Origin: Bacteroidia bacterium | GTDB lineage: Bacteria > Bacteroidota > Bacteroidia > Cytophagales > JAAEPT01 | Direction: 5' to 3' | NCBI GenBank assembly: GCA_030431525.1 | Contig: JAUIJC010000022.1 | Span: 14,637-78,636, forward strand | DNA: 64,000 nt | Shown: positions 53,754 through 63,188 of the stretch, piece after piece | Layout of the letters: each line of letters starts with the position of its first letter | Position numbering within the stretch: position 1 is the stretch's first letter | Made by a program: the position numbers and the translations under genes | The notes under the pieces: generated by a model | What the model saw: the letters and a program-made list of their open reading frames with translations, nothing else | Told to the model about the DNA's origin: nothing | The model's database searches: none

Positions 53754-53771
53754 TATGTTTATGGAACAACA

Positions 53772-55103
53772 TCAAATCACATGATGTGCTGCCAAAATCT
53801 CTTCTATTTCTCTGTCAAGCGGACTTTTTAACCATTTTTCGGAAATCCCTTCCAAGCGCATCACCTCATCCATCACCTCACGTTGCTTCTGCCCCATTTT
53901 CAAGGCATAGCTGTACGGCAACTGAGAAAAGGTGACCATGGAATACAAGGGCATCCATTTGGCGGGGTACAATTCAGACAATCGCTGCTCAATGCGCTTT
54001 CTCAACAAAAAGCCTTGGTCGGCAACACGATCACGCATTTCAATAAAGTTGTTCAAGGTCAACTCAGCAATAGCGTCTGCATCTGGTTTTCGGCTTCGTT
54101 GGTAAGCATCCAAGATTCCTTCCCAATCATCGCCATACTGATACATTAAGCTGTGGAGAACGGAACAATCCTCAAAGCCAGCGTTCATTCCTTGTCCGTA
54201 AAATGGGACAATCCCGTGTGCTGCATCACCGATTAGCGCCACATTTCCGTGGACCCATGGATAACACTTCACTGTTCCCAATTTTGAAACGGGATTAGAA
54301 AAATACTCCTCCAACAAATTCGGCATCAAGCCCAACACATCAGGAAAGGTCTCCTCAAAAAAGGCTTTCACCTTAGCCTCATCATTTAATGCCTCAAATG
54401 AATTCTCCCCTTCATCTGGAAGAAATAAAGTAGCGGTAAATGACCCATCCAAATTTGGCAGGGCAATCAACATAAAGCTGCCCCTTGGCCAAATATGTAA
54501 GCCATCATTGGCCATACGCCAGCCTCCTCCATCAGCTGGAAGAATGCAAAGCTCCTTGTAGCTGTGCCCCAACGGAACAATTCTATCCTCAAAAGCCTCT
54601 ACGTGCTGTCTGACCTTGGAATTCGCCCCATCGGCTGCGAACAGCACATCATAATCCACTAAACGCTCTTCATTGGAGGCATTATCCAACACCTTCATCT
54701 GGCCTTCTTGAACCACCTCCTGAAACTCATGCTCAAAGTGAAAAGTTACTTCCTTTGAAGCCGTCTCTACCAAGAGGTTGTTTAGTGCCGAACGAGACAC
54801 GGAATAAATCGCCTGTTTTTCCTGCCCATAAGACTGAAACGTGCAGTTCCCTTCCTTGTCATGCATGATTCTCCCACGCATCGGCAGGGCAATTTCCTTC
54901 ACCTCCTCCTCCAAACCAACTGTTCTCAAGGCTTTCCAGCCACGTTCGCTGATCGCCAAGTTGATGGATCGCGCACTTTGGTTCGGACAAGAGCGCAAAT
55001 CAGGGCGCTTCTCATACACTGAAACCTGATGTCCCTTTTTAGAAAGAAAAAGAGAGAGCAGGGAGCCTACAAGACCTCCTCCTGCAATGGCAATGCTATT
55101 CAT
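53772..55103 (-). CDS. kmo: Kynurenine 3-monooxygenase (FAD-dependent)
   Basis: Dinucleotide motif IAIAGGGLVGSLLSLFL..YEKR. Flavin hydroxylase motifs are present (..LFAADGANS.., ..LIGDAAHGIVPFYGQGMN..). The start overlaps the kynureninase stop (ATGA). Confidence 0.85.
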   Translation of the reverse strand: MNSIAIAGGGLVGSLLSLFLSKKGHQVSVYEKRPDLRSCPNQSARSINLAISERGWKALRTVGLEEEVKEIALPMRGRIMHDKEGNCTFQSYGQEKQAIYSVSRSALNNLLVETASKEVTFHFEHEFQEVVQEGQMKVLDNASNEERLVDYDVLFAADGANSKVRQHVEAFEDRIVPLGHSYKELCILPADGGGWRMANDGLHIWPRGSFMLIALPNLDGSFTATLFLPDEGENSFEALNDEAKVKAFFEETFPDVLGLMPNLLEEYFSNPVSKLGTVKCYPWVHGNVALIGDAAHGIVPFYGQGMNAGFEDCSVLHSLMYQYGDDWEGILDAYQRSRKPDADAIAELTLNNFIEMRDRVADQGFLLRKRIEQRLSELYPAKWMPLYSMVTFSQLPYSYALKMGQKQREVMDEVMRLEGISEKWLKSPLDREIEEILAAHHVI

Positions 55104-56377
55104 GCTAATATGTCTTGAAGCACTTTAGAAAAACGATACACCTCCTCAAAAGTGTTGTACAACGATGCTGGCGCCACACGCAAAAGACCATCCTTCTCTC
55201 CATATCGTCGCCAATCGACGATAATTCCTTCCTTCCGGAAACGCTCAACCATTTCTGGCCCACTGCCCGGAATCAGCAAGGAAAGCTGGCTACCACGTTG
55301 CCCCTCATCATTTGGTGTAACGATTTCTAATTGCTCACGGTTGTTCTTCAAAAGGAGATACTCCAAGTATCCGGTCAACAACTTACTCTTATTTGCCAAA
55401 GCCTCCATCCCTGCCTCATCAAACAAATCCAAGGACGCATGGAAGGCTGCCATTGCAAATACGGGCGCATTGCTCAACTGCCATGCCTCTGCCGAGTTGA
55501 AAGGATTAAAGGTGGAATGCATCGCAAAGCGCTCCTCCTCCTTGACACCCCACCATCCATGAAAACGGGTAATGTTGCCATCGGTCAGATGCCGCTGGTG
55601 CACAAATGCACCTCCAACACTTCCAGGCCCTGAATTCAAATATTTATACGAGCAGAACACCCCAAAATCAGGTCCCCACTCATGCATTTTCAAGATGACA
55701 TTCCCTGCCGCATGGGCCAAGTCAAAACCTACCTTCGCACCAACCTCATGGCCTTTCTTGGTAATCGTTGGCACATCATACAACTGACCAGTAAGGTAGT
55801 TCACACCTCCAACCATCACCAACGCCAGCTCATCCCCCAACTCATCAATGGTTGCCAGAATATCTTCGGTGCGCAACAGCCTCTCCCCTTCTCTCGGCTT
55901 CAACTCCACAACCGCCTCCTCAGGATTAAATCCATGAAACTGCGCCTGGGACTGCACAGCGTACAAATCAGAAGGAAAAGCCCCCTCCTCAATCAATATT
56001 TTATAGCGGGATGCCGTCGGGCGATAAAAGGACACCAACAGAAGATGCAAGTTCACCGTAAGGCTGTTCATTACAATCACCTCCTCCTCCTTGGCACCCA
56101 AAAGACGAGCCACAGGCGGTAGCAAGTGTTTATGATAGGAGAACCAGCTTTTGTCTCCACGGAAATGACCATCAACACCCAGTTCAGCCCAGCTGTCCAA
56201 TTCCTCATTGATATTGAACCGCACATTGATGGGTTGCAAGCCCAATGAATGCCCACATAAATAAGTGGACGGCTTTCCATCAACAGTGGGAAAAAGAAAG
56301 GCTTTGCGGAAACGGCGAAGGGAATCCTCCGCATCCATTTTTTGGGCAAAGGCGAGTGAGTCCTCGTAAGTGTGCAT
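55100..56377 (-). CDS. kynU: Kynureninase
   Basis: ..YLCGHSLGLQP.., ..DLAHAAGN.., PLP-lysine region ..FCSYKYLNSGPG... Size is typical at 425 aa. Confidence 0.9.
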   Translation of the reverse strand: MHTYEDSLAFAQKMDAEDSLRRFRKAFLFPTVDGKPSTYLCGHSLGLQPINVRFNINEELDSWAELGVDGHFRGDKSWFSYHKHLLPPVARLLGAKEEEVIVMNSLTVNLHLLLVSFYRPTASRYKILIEEGAFPSDLYAVQSQAQFHGFNPEEAVVELKPREGERLLRTEDILATIDELGDELALVMVGGVNYLTGQLYDVPTITKKGHEVGAKVGFDLAHAAGNVILKMHEWGPDFGVFCSYKYLNSGPGSVGGAFVHQRHLTDGNITRFHGWWGVKEEERFAMHSTFNPFNSAEAWQLSNAPVFAMAAFHASLDLFDEAGMEALANKSKLLTGYLEYLLLKNNREQLEIVTPNDEGQRGSQLSLLIPGSGPEMVERFRKEGIIVDWRRYGEKDGLLRVAPASLYNTFEEVYRFSKVLQDILA

Positions 56378-56473
56378 GGTGCGAATTCTGATGTAGGCAC
56401 CACGAAGTTAACCAATTCGGGGATGGTGTGTAATTACACCTGAAAAATGCACACTATGGTGTTCCCCAAGACA

Positions 56474-56510
56474 TAAAAAAACCGCCTTGAAAACTAATCC
56501 AAGGCGGTTT
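56474..56510 (-). terminator. Rho-independent terminator of tRNA-Ala
   Basis: AAACCGCCTTG / CAAGGCGGTTT. The A-run on the + side gives a T-run on the minus strand, 4 nt after the tRNA 3' end. Confidence 0.8.
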
Positions 56511-56514
56511 CTTG

Positions 56515-56589
<75 letters not shown>

Positions 56590-56605
56590 TAGCTGTAAAG
56601 CATTG

Positions 56606-56636
56606 CAAAAGTACGGCGATTTACGTTGAACGCAAA
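56606..56636 (-). promoter_or_regulatory. Probable Bacteroidota-type promoter of tRNA-Ala (-33 TTTG, -7 TACTTTTG)
   Basis: On the minus strand, TTTG, 19 nt, TACTTTTG, then 17 nt to the mature tRNA 5' end. This fits the TTTG/TAnnTTTG consensus. It lies within the last codons of the upstream decarboxylase gene. Confidence 0.45.
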
Positions 56637-58057
56637 TATTCCTGTGCCTTTTTTTCGCAAAAAAGCAGAACATCCTGTACATCAGTGAACTTTGTCCTGG
56701 GATTGATTAAGCACATCCTCAACACCACCTGATTCCAAAGCAACGTAGTCACCAAAATAGCCTGCTTGGAGCGTGTCATTTCATCCGAAATAAATTGGTT
56801 CATGGCATTCAGTTTTTCGGAATCAAGACCTCCCGGGTTATAACGGAAACAAATGACCGCCAAACTTGCCTTAGACATCACTTCCCACCCGGAACGATCC
56901 TCCAACCATTTTTGAACCTCATCAGCCAAATCAAAAGCGCGTTTCACCGCCTCACGGAAAGAGGCCAAACCGAAAGTCTTGATAGACATATAAAATTTAA
57001 GCGCACGAAAACTTCGGGTGAGCTGAATCCCATAATCAAAGAAGTTAATCTCCTCCAGACTCCCCTTCATATCACGAAGATACTCGGGGTGCTCACTGAA
57101 AGTGCTGAACAGCGAATCCTGATTTCGCACCAATAGGCAACCAATTTCATAAGGCTGAAAAAACCACTTATGGGGGTCCACAGTAATAGAATCCGCTTTT
57201 TCAATCCCAATCAAACGCTCTTTACCGCACTTACACAGCATTGCCGCACCACCATATGCGGCATCCACATGAAACCAAACCTTTTCTTTTTGGCAGATTT
57301 TAGCCACCTCATCCAGCGGATCAACGGCGCCAGAATTGGTTGTTCCTGCAGTTGCCAACACACATATCGGATGCAGCCCATGCCGCTTATCCTCCTCAAT
57401 CATACTGCTGAGTTCAGACAAGTCCACAGCAAAATTTTCATCCACTGAGACTAATCTCACCTGGGCCTTTTTGAAACCCAACACCCTCATCGCCCGTAAA
57501 TTTGATGAGTGCGCTTGATGGGACATATAGACCATTGCTTTTGAAAAGTCTTCCCCGCACTTCAAATGCCTTGCAGCAGTCAAGGCCATCAAGTTTGCCA
57601 TCGAACCACCGCTGGTGAACAATCCTCCCCCTTCCTGAACGGGAAACCCGAATAGCTTCAACATCCAGTTGATGGTGACGATTTCAATCTCGGAAGAACC
57701 TGGCGACAAAAACCAGCCTCCCGAAAACACATTGAAACCGGTGGCTAAGGTATCTGCCATCACACTGACGAAGTTGCTAGGGCTGGGAACAAACGAAAAA
57801 CTCTTTGGATGTGTTAGCAGATCACTATTCTTCAATACCCGCTCCAGCACGAAATCCAGAACTTTCTCTGGATCTGTGCCCTCTTCGGGCGCCTCCTCGG
57901 CCAACAAACGATCCATTTCTTTTCGGGTTGCCGAGGAAATAGGTCGTGTTCGAGGCAGACGCACAAAGTGCCCCACGAGCTCATCGACAATTCGATAGCC
58001 GTATTGCCTCATCTCTTCTTCCGATAAATTTAAAAGAGGATTGATGTTTCGTGCCAT
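56621..58057 (-). CDS. Group II pyridoxal-phosphate-dependent (aromatic-amino-acid/glutamate-type) decarboxylase
   Basis: ATG at 58057 (MARNINPLLNLSEEEMRQYGY..). Motifs ..TSGGSMANL.., ..HVDAAYGG.. and PLP-lysine ..SITVDPHKW... The ORF-track start at 58144 is an upstream extension. Confidence 0.85.
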   Translation of the reverse strand: MARNINPLLNLSEEEMRQYGYRIVDELVGHFVRLPRTRPISSATRKEMDRLLAEEAPEEGTDPEKVLDFVLERVLKNSDLLTHPKSFSFVPSPSNFVSVMADTLATGFNVFSGGWFLSPGSSEIEIVTINWMLKLFGFPVQEGGGLFTSGGSMANLMALTAARHLKCGEDFSKAMVYMSHQAHSSNLRAMRVLGFKKAQVRLVSVDENFAVDLSELSSMIEEDKRHGLHPICVLATAGTTNSGAVDPLDEVAKICQKEKVWFHVDAAYGGAAMLCKCGKERLIGIEKADSITVDPHKWFFQPYEIGCLLVRNQDSLFSTFSEHPEYLRDMKGSLEEINFFDYGIQLTRSFRALKFYMSIKTFGLASFREAVKRAFDLADEVQKWLEDRSGWEVMSKASLAVICFRYNPGGLDSEKLNAMNQFISDEMTRSKQAILVTTLLWNQVVLRMCLINPRTKFTDVQDVLLFCEKKAQEYLRST

Positions 58058-58175
58058 AAGGTGTGTTACAGACGTCCTTTTCTTGTCTAACCTTAACAAC
58101 GAAAAAAAATCAAAAACAAAGGCGGAGAAGGTCTTTCGCCTCACTTATGGCAAAATCATTGAACAATTAATTAAC

Positions 58176-58526
58176 ATGAAAGAGAATCAGCCATTAAACC
58201 AAGATCAACTGGCCACCAAAAGGACCATGATGGCCAATGACCGAACCTTGCTCTCCTACATCAGGACGGCCTTGGTGGTAATTGGCCCCGGCATAACCAT
58301 ACTGAAATTATTTCCGCAAGATCCATCACTTCGGATGATTGGACTTATTTGTATTCCTATTTCTGCCTTCATTGTCATGGCAGGACTTATCAGTCACAGA
58401 AACACCAAAAAACTGCTGGACCCTAAAAACGAAAACTTGGTTCAGCTACCGACAAACGCCAACCCTGCAGAGCTTTCTTCCGTCCAAAAAGAGATGGAAC
58501 CAGTGAGAGCCAATGGAGGAAATTAA
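58176..58526 (+). CDS. DUF202 (YidH-like) membrane protein, copy 1
   Basis: ATG at 58176. Signature ..LATKRTMMANDRTLLSYIRTAL.. followed by hydrophobic helices. Confidence 0.75.
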   Translation: MKENQPLNQDQLATKRTMMANDRTLLSYIRTALVVIGPGITILKLFPQDPSLRMIGLICIPISAFIVMAGLISHRNTKKLLDPKNENLVQLPTNANPAELSSVQKEMEPVRANGGN

Positions 58527-58842
58527 CTCGGCGCGTGATAAGCTTGCAACGGAACGGACACACCTTGCCAACGACCGTACTTTATTAGCCTACATCAGGA
58601 CGGCCCTAGTACTGCTAGGGCCTGGAATTACATTGATCAAACTTTTTCCCGACGACCTCATGATGATCATCGTCGGGAGCTTATGTATTCCAAGCGCCCT
58701 CATTTTTGTGTTCCTTGGCTTTAACAGCCATCGAAATATGCGCAGAAAAATCCAGCGCCAGATTTTCATAGACATCGAAGAAAAAGAAAAGACCCCGCCA
58801 GAGCAGGGTCTAAATTCTTCGAATCGGGATAATCAAGCCTGA
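58513..58842 (+). CDS. DUF202 (YidH-like) membrane protein, copy 2
   Basis: ATG at 58513 overlaps copy 1 by 14 nt. Signature ..LATERTHLANDRTLLAYIRTAL... Confidence 0.75.
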   Translation: MEEINSARDKLATERTHLANDRTLLAYIRTALVLLGPGITLIKLFPDDLMMIIVGSLCIPSALIFVFLGFNSHRNMRRKIQRQIFIDIEEKEKTPPEQGLNSSNRDNQA

Positions 58843-59117
58843 AACAGCCGTTTGTCCGCCACAAAAGGCCCAAAGGGCAACACGGAAGCCACCAAGGCTA
58901 AAAACACCTTTCGTTTCTCCCATTTCTGTTCATTGGCCACAATTAACACCATGGCGCAATACACTACGAACAATACGCCGTGGGCCATGCCCATCACCTT
59001 GTTGAAGGCAGGCATTTCCCAATAATATTTCAGGGGCATTCCCACGCCCAAAAGGAGCAGGAAACTGAGGCCTTCCAAAAAGCCGACAATGCGTAGGCGG
59101 TTGAGGTTCTTTTCCAT
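58833..59117 (-). CDS. DUF3817 domain-containing integral membrane protein
   Basis: ATG at 59117 (MEKNLNRLRIVGFLEGLSFLLLLGVGMPLKYY..MGMAHGVLFVVY..). The ORF-track TTG start at 59231 reads through the heptamer repeat. Confidence 0.75.
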   Translation of the reverse strand: MEKNLNRLRIVGFLEGLSFLLLLGVGMPLKYYWEMPAFNKVMGMAHGVLFVVYCAMVLIVANEQKWEKRKVFLALVASVLPFGPFVADKRLFQA

Positions 59118-59130
59118 AATTCTTTTATCA

Positions 59131-59193
59131 GTAGCAAGTAGCAAGTAGCAAGTAGCAAGTAGCAAGTAGCAAGTAGCAAGTAGCAAGTAGCAA
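59131..59193. repeat. Perfect heptanucleotide tandem repeat (GTAGCAA)x9
   Basis: Nine uninterrupted units counted directly. On the strand that encodes both flanking genes it reads (TTGCTAC)x9. Confidence 0.97.
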
Positions 59194-59234
59194 GATACGA
59201 TATGGTCTTGTGTCTTGATACCTGCTACCAATTA

Positions 59235-60260
59235 TTACCGATGCTCCAAATACTTCTCCCAGCGCTCCATGCCTTCCACAAAATCCTCCGGAAGCTCGGA
59301 CTCAAAGCGCATTTCTTCACCCGTCTTCGGATGCACAAAACCTAGGGTCTTCGCGTGAAGTGCCTGACGTGGCAATGCACTAAAGGTATTTTGAACAAAC
59401 TGCCTGTATTTGGTAAAGGTCTCCCCCGCCAAAATGCGGTCACCGCCATACGTGGCATCATTGAACAACGGATGCCCCAAATGCTTCATGTGCGCACGAA
59501 TCTGGTGCGTTCGCCCCGTTTCCAAACGACACTCAATAAGCGTCACATAATGAAGGCGCTTCAACACCTTGTAATGCGTTACGGCGTGTTTACCGAATTC
59601 CCCGTCAGGGAAAACGCTCATCACACGGCGATCCTTCAAGCTACGGCCAACGTTACCGATAATGGTCCCCTCATCCTCCTGAGGCATACGCCACACCAAA
59701 GCCTGATAAGTACGCTCCACGGTATGGTCAAAAAACTGTTTGGCCAAATGCGTCATTGCCTCCTCAGTCTTGGCAATTACCAAAAGCCCAGAGGTGTCTT
59801 TGTCAATGCGATGCACCAATCCCGGCCGAATCTCCCCATTGCGGGAAGTCGGCAAGTTTTTCAAGTGATACACCAAGGCATTCACCAAAGTACCCGTCCA
59901 GTTGGAGTGCGCTGGGTGGACTACCATACCCGCAGGCTTGTTGATCACCATCACCTCATCATCCTCATAGACAATGTTCAAAGGAATATCCTCGGGAATA
60001 ATTTCCGTCTCCCTGCGAGGCTCCGGCAAAGCAACAACAATCTCATCTCCCGGACGAATCTTGTAATTTGGCTTCACCGCCTCTCCTGACACCTTCACAA
60101 AACCGTCCTTAATGGCCGATTGCACCTTGCTTCGGCTTACGTTCGGCAAGCGGTCAATCAAGAACTTGTCAAGGCGCATTAATGTTTGGTTGGCATCGAT
60201 GGAGATGGCATGATGCTCATAAAGCTCCTGTCCCTCCAAGTCTTCCTCTTCATATTGCAT
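59235..60260 (-). CDS. rluD: RluA-family 23S rRNA pseudouridine synthase (RluD-like, with S4 domain)
   Basis: S4 domain (MRLDKFLIDRLPNVSRSKVQ..I..G.V.V.G), catalytic motif LVHRIDKDTSGLLV, and ..GRTHQIRAH... Confidence 0.92.
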   Translation of the reverse strand: MQYEEEDLEGQELYEHHAISIDANQTLMRLDKFLIDRLPNVSRSKVQSAIKDGFVKVSGEAVKPNYKIRPGDEIVVALPEPRRETEIIPEDIPLNIVYEDDEVMVINKPAGMVVHPAHSNWTGTLVNALVYHLKNLPTSRNGEIRPGLVHRIDKDTSGLLVIAKTEEAMTHLAKQFFDHTVERTYQALVWRMPQEDEGTIIGNVGRSLKDRRVMSVFPDGEFGKHAVTHYKVLKRLHYVTLIECRLETGRTHQIRAHMKHLGHPLFNDATYGGDRILAGETFTKYRQFVQNTFSALPRQALHAKTLGFVHPKTGEEMRFESELPEDFVEGMERWEKYLEHR

Positions 60261-60462
60261 AACTGAGTCTTTAATTTCGTGCGGGAGTTGTTGTGAGATT
60301 TAATGGGTGAGAAAATGCTGATGATAAACGGACCACAGAGCTCTAAACTTCAATCAGCCTCCTTTTCTCCCTTCCTCTGTGTACGCTGTGGTTATTGACT
60401 AACAACCATCGTATTTCTTACCTCTCAATTCTCATCTATCCGAAACACAAATTTCCCTAATA

Positions 60463-61341
60463 ATGTTCTTCTCCGAAAATCACGCTCCAACGCCACTTGA
60501 GGCCATTATTGACGAGCACACCACCAAAGCCAAGGTCAAGCTCTTCGTCAAAAGGGATGATTTGATTCACCCTTCGGTCTCTGGAAATAAGTTTCGGAAG
60601 CTCAAATTTAACTTGTTGGAAGCTAAAAAGTTGGGAAAGGACACATTACTCACTTTTGGAGGTGCATTTTCTAACCATATCCACGCCACGGCATCGGCCG
60701 GAAAACTCATGGGCTTCAAGACCATCGGCATCATTCGTGGCGAAGAACATCTCCCGCTCAACCCTACCTTGGCCTATGCCACCGAGCAGGGTATGCAACT
60801 GCATTATATCGACAGAACAAGCTATCGACAAAAAGCGGAGCCCGCCTTTATTGAACAGCTCAAAGCGCAGTTTGGGGATTTTTATCTGATACCTGAAGGT
60901 GGCACCAATGCCCTCGCCCTAAAAGGTGTGGCTGAACTCCCTGCCGAAATCGACATTCCACACGACTACATTTGTTGCGCTACAGGAACAGGTGGAACCA
61001 CGGCAGGCATCATTTCCACAGCAAAAGCCACCGTACTGGGCTTCTCGGCACTCAAAGGGAATTTTCTCCAGAAGGATGTGCAAAAGCTATTGGGCAGGCC
61101 CTACCCCAATTGGGCTATGGTCAACGATTACCACTTTGGTGGTTACGCCAAGAAAAAGCCCGAGCTTGAGGAATTTATTGATTGGTTCAATACCACCCAC
61201 AACATCCCATTGGAATGGATTTACACGGGAAAGATGATGTTCGGGGTGTATGATTTGATGAAAAAGGAATTTTTTAGGGAAGGGAGTAACATTGTGGCGG
61301 TTCACACAGGGGGACTGCAGGCAGTAGGGAAAAAGGTCTGA
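60463..61341 (+). CDS. 1-aminocyclopropane-1-carboxylate deaminase/D-cysteine desulfhydrase family PLP enzyme
   Basis: ..KRDDLIHPSVSGNKFRKLKFNL..TFGGAFSNHIHATA.. (PLP-lysine in GNKFRKL) and ..CATGTGGTTAG... Confidence 0.85.
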   Translation: MFFSENHAPTPLEAIIDEHTTKAKVKLFVKRDDLIHPSVSGNKFRKLKFNLLEAKKLGKDTLLTFGGAFSNHIHATASAGKLMGFKTIGIIRGEEHLPLNPTLAYATEQGMQLHYIDRTSYRQKAEPAFIEQLKAQFGDFYLIPEGGTNALALKGVAELPAEIDIPHDYICCATGTGGTTAGIISTAKATVLGFSALKGNFLQKDVQKLLGRPYPNWAMVNDYHFGGYAKKKPELEEFIDWFNTTHNIPLEWIYTGKMMFGVYDLMKKEFFREGSNIVAVHTGGLQAVGKKV

Positions 61342-61440
61342 ACCATGATTTGAAGGAGTAGGATGATTGATAGGATGCTCACAATAGTCTGAACCGCTAT
61401 TGGCATCCCGACCATCCAAAAATCCTTTCCATCAAGGTTC
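61340..61440. repeat. Repeat family E, complete inverted-repeat unit E4
   Basis: Left arm GAACCATGATTTGAAGGAGTAGGATGATTGATAGGATGC and right arm GCATCCCGACCATCCAAAAATCCTTTCCATCAAGGTTC. It begins within the stop codon of the upstream gene. Confidence 0.7.
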
Positions 61441-61508
61441 TGCCCCCATTACACATGTAAATCCCATGTACTTCTGGAAAAATTTGAGAAAATGCTCTTT
61501 TCATTATT

Positions 61509-62074
61509 TTAAAACTCAAAGCCACTGGCCCTTCCACTTATCCCTTCCTTTCTAATTAGATAAAGATTAGATGAGTTTTCAACATTTTTTGAGGAACCGA
61601 TTAACAAGGCATTTTCTAAGATGTTTTTCGGGAGGCTCCCAAACTTCTCATATTCCTCAACGACTTGCCTACTAGGGATTGCAAATCGTCCAGCACTTGC
61701 CTCACTAAAACCAAGACGCTGATTATACCATGCGACAAATTGTTTAGCCAATTGAATTGATGGGACTTGACAGGCTTTATGTTCTAAATCAGGTAATACT
61801 TTATGCTCCCCATTTTTCAAACTAATTCCATCCACAGAGACCCCTATTGCTGATTCAGGAATGCACAAAACAACTCATTTGATATTGGCTCTTTAGACAC
61901 CAACAACATTCCACAGGGAGCACAGCCCATTAGGTTTGGAATACAACAATTGAATGTATCCAAATCTAAAGTCGGAACACTATCAGAATCCACTGCCTTG
62001 TTTCCCTCACTCCTATTGCAAGCGACCAATACAATTGACAACAATAGAAAAACGAACCTTATCATCATCTTCAA
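61509..62074 (-). pseudogene. Possible frameshifted lipoprotein gene (two overlapping ORFs; weak FGE/SUMF1-like pattern)
   Basis: ORF 61844..62074 has a lipoprotein signal (LLSIVLVACN) and ends ..VSKEPISNELFCAFLNQQ*. ORF 61509..61868 starts at TTG in another frame across a T-run. The region is AT-rich. Confidence 0.3.
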
Positions 62075-62169
62075 TTATCACTCAAGATTTCACCATCTAA
62101 AATTCACCTTTGGAACAATTTCTATAGCCTTAAGGAGTCTAAAAACTCATTTCTACCCTCACCCTCACT

Positions 62170-62646
62170 CTACCCTAACAATTCAATGTTCCCATAATCT
62201 GATCTCATTTTCGCAATATCAAGCGCAGTTTTTCCTCGTTCATTCCTCAACTCCTTATCTGCTCCTTTCGAAATCAAATATTCAATAACATCTTCTCGCT
62301 CTTCCCCCTCAGAAGCCATGATATGCAAAGGCGTGTTACCCTTATTATCTCGAAGATTAATATCAGCACCGGAGCTAATTAAGAGCCTTGCATTATCTTG
62401 ATAACAAGCAAGATGCAAAGGACCAATTCCTTCATCATTCTGAATATTTACATCAGCTCCATTTTTGATGATATATTCTATTGTTTCTTCCTGTTCCTCA
62501 CTCATTACATTATGAAGAGCAGAAAAGCCATACTCCCCCTGAGCATTCACAAGCTCCGGGTTTTTCTCAATCATTTCTTTCACAGTTTCCATCTCTCCAA
62601 AAACTACTGCATCAGAGAACCTTTCAATGATTTGTTTATCTAACAT
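62170..62646 (-). CDS. Ankyrin-repeat protein
   Basis: ATG at 62646. Three to four ANK repeats (..GFSALHNVM..IIKNGADVNIQNDEGIGPLHLAC..LISSGADINLRDNKGNTPLHIMA..LISKGADKELRNERGKTALDIA). Confidence 0.85.
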   Translation of the reverse strand: MLDKQIIERFSDAVVFGEMETVKEMIEKNPELVNAQGEYGFSALHNVMSEEQEETIEYIIKNGADVNIQNDEGIGPLHLACYQDNARLLISSGADINLRDNKGNTPLHIMASEGEEREDVIEYLISKGADKELRNERGKTALDIAKMRSDYGNIELLG

Positions 62647-62705
62647 GTCATTTATTGATTTTATACAATGTCTCTCCCCCCTAACATTACCCAAAAACAA
62701 GGATC

Positions 62706-63188
62706 CTACACCGGCTTTGGAATCGCCAACACCTGCCGAATCTCCTCCTTGCTCCTTTTGAGATTCTTATGGAAAATGACCCGCATCAAGCTGTAATTCA
62801 AAGCGACAAAACTGAACGCGATCCACGAAACAATATGATGGTCGGGCACAAAGAGGAAGGCCAGCCCTATGAAAAGGGCAATGCAGGACGTCATTAAAAA
62901 AGTGAAGACCGCGCCGGGAGCCAAACGGTAATCCAGCCAGAGCATGGTGTCGTCGTAGTCGAAAGGCTCAAGGCGACCAGAGATCAGGGGGAAATAATGC
63001 TTGGGCTCTTGGCCATGGCGGATGAACAACATAAAGCTGCTTTCCTTGACCTCTCCCCGAAAGGGAAAACGGGTGCCAATTCGCTCTTCGTCACGCCGTG
63101 GCTTGGTGGAATCGCGCAATAAAAAAGTGACCTCATCCAATGACAAGGGCACTAAGAATACTTCTTTATCTCTGGGAAACAGGGTCAC
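62706..63188 (-). CDS. Hypothetical membrane protein (soluble N-domain + two C-terminal helices)
   Basis: The GTG start overlaps the ridA stop (GTGA), suggesting translational coupling. No family recognised. Confidence 0.55.
   Translation of the reverse strand: MTLFPRDKEVFLVPLSLDEVTFLLRDSTKPRRDEERIGTRFPFRGEVKESSFMLFIRHGQEPKHYFPLISGRLEPFDYDDTMLWLDYRLAPGAVFTFLMTSCIALFIGLAFLFVPDHHIVSWIAFSFVALNYSLMRVIFHKNLKRSKEEIRQVLAIPKPV

Noticed and set aside
59355-60089. 244-aa ORF on the + strand inside rluD
   Set aside because: It is antisense to a gene with a clear S4 domain and the HRIDKDTSG catalytic motif. The translation is not protein-like.
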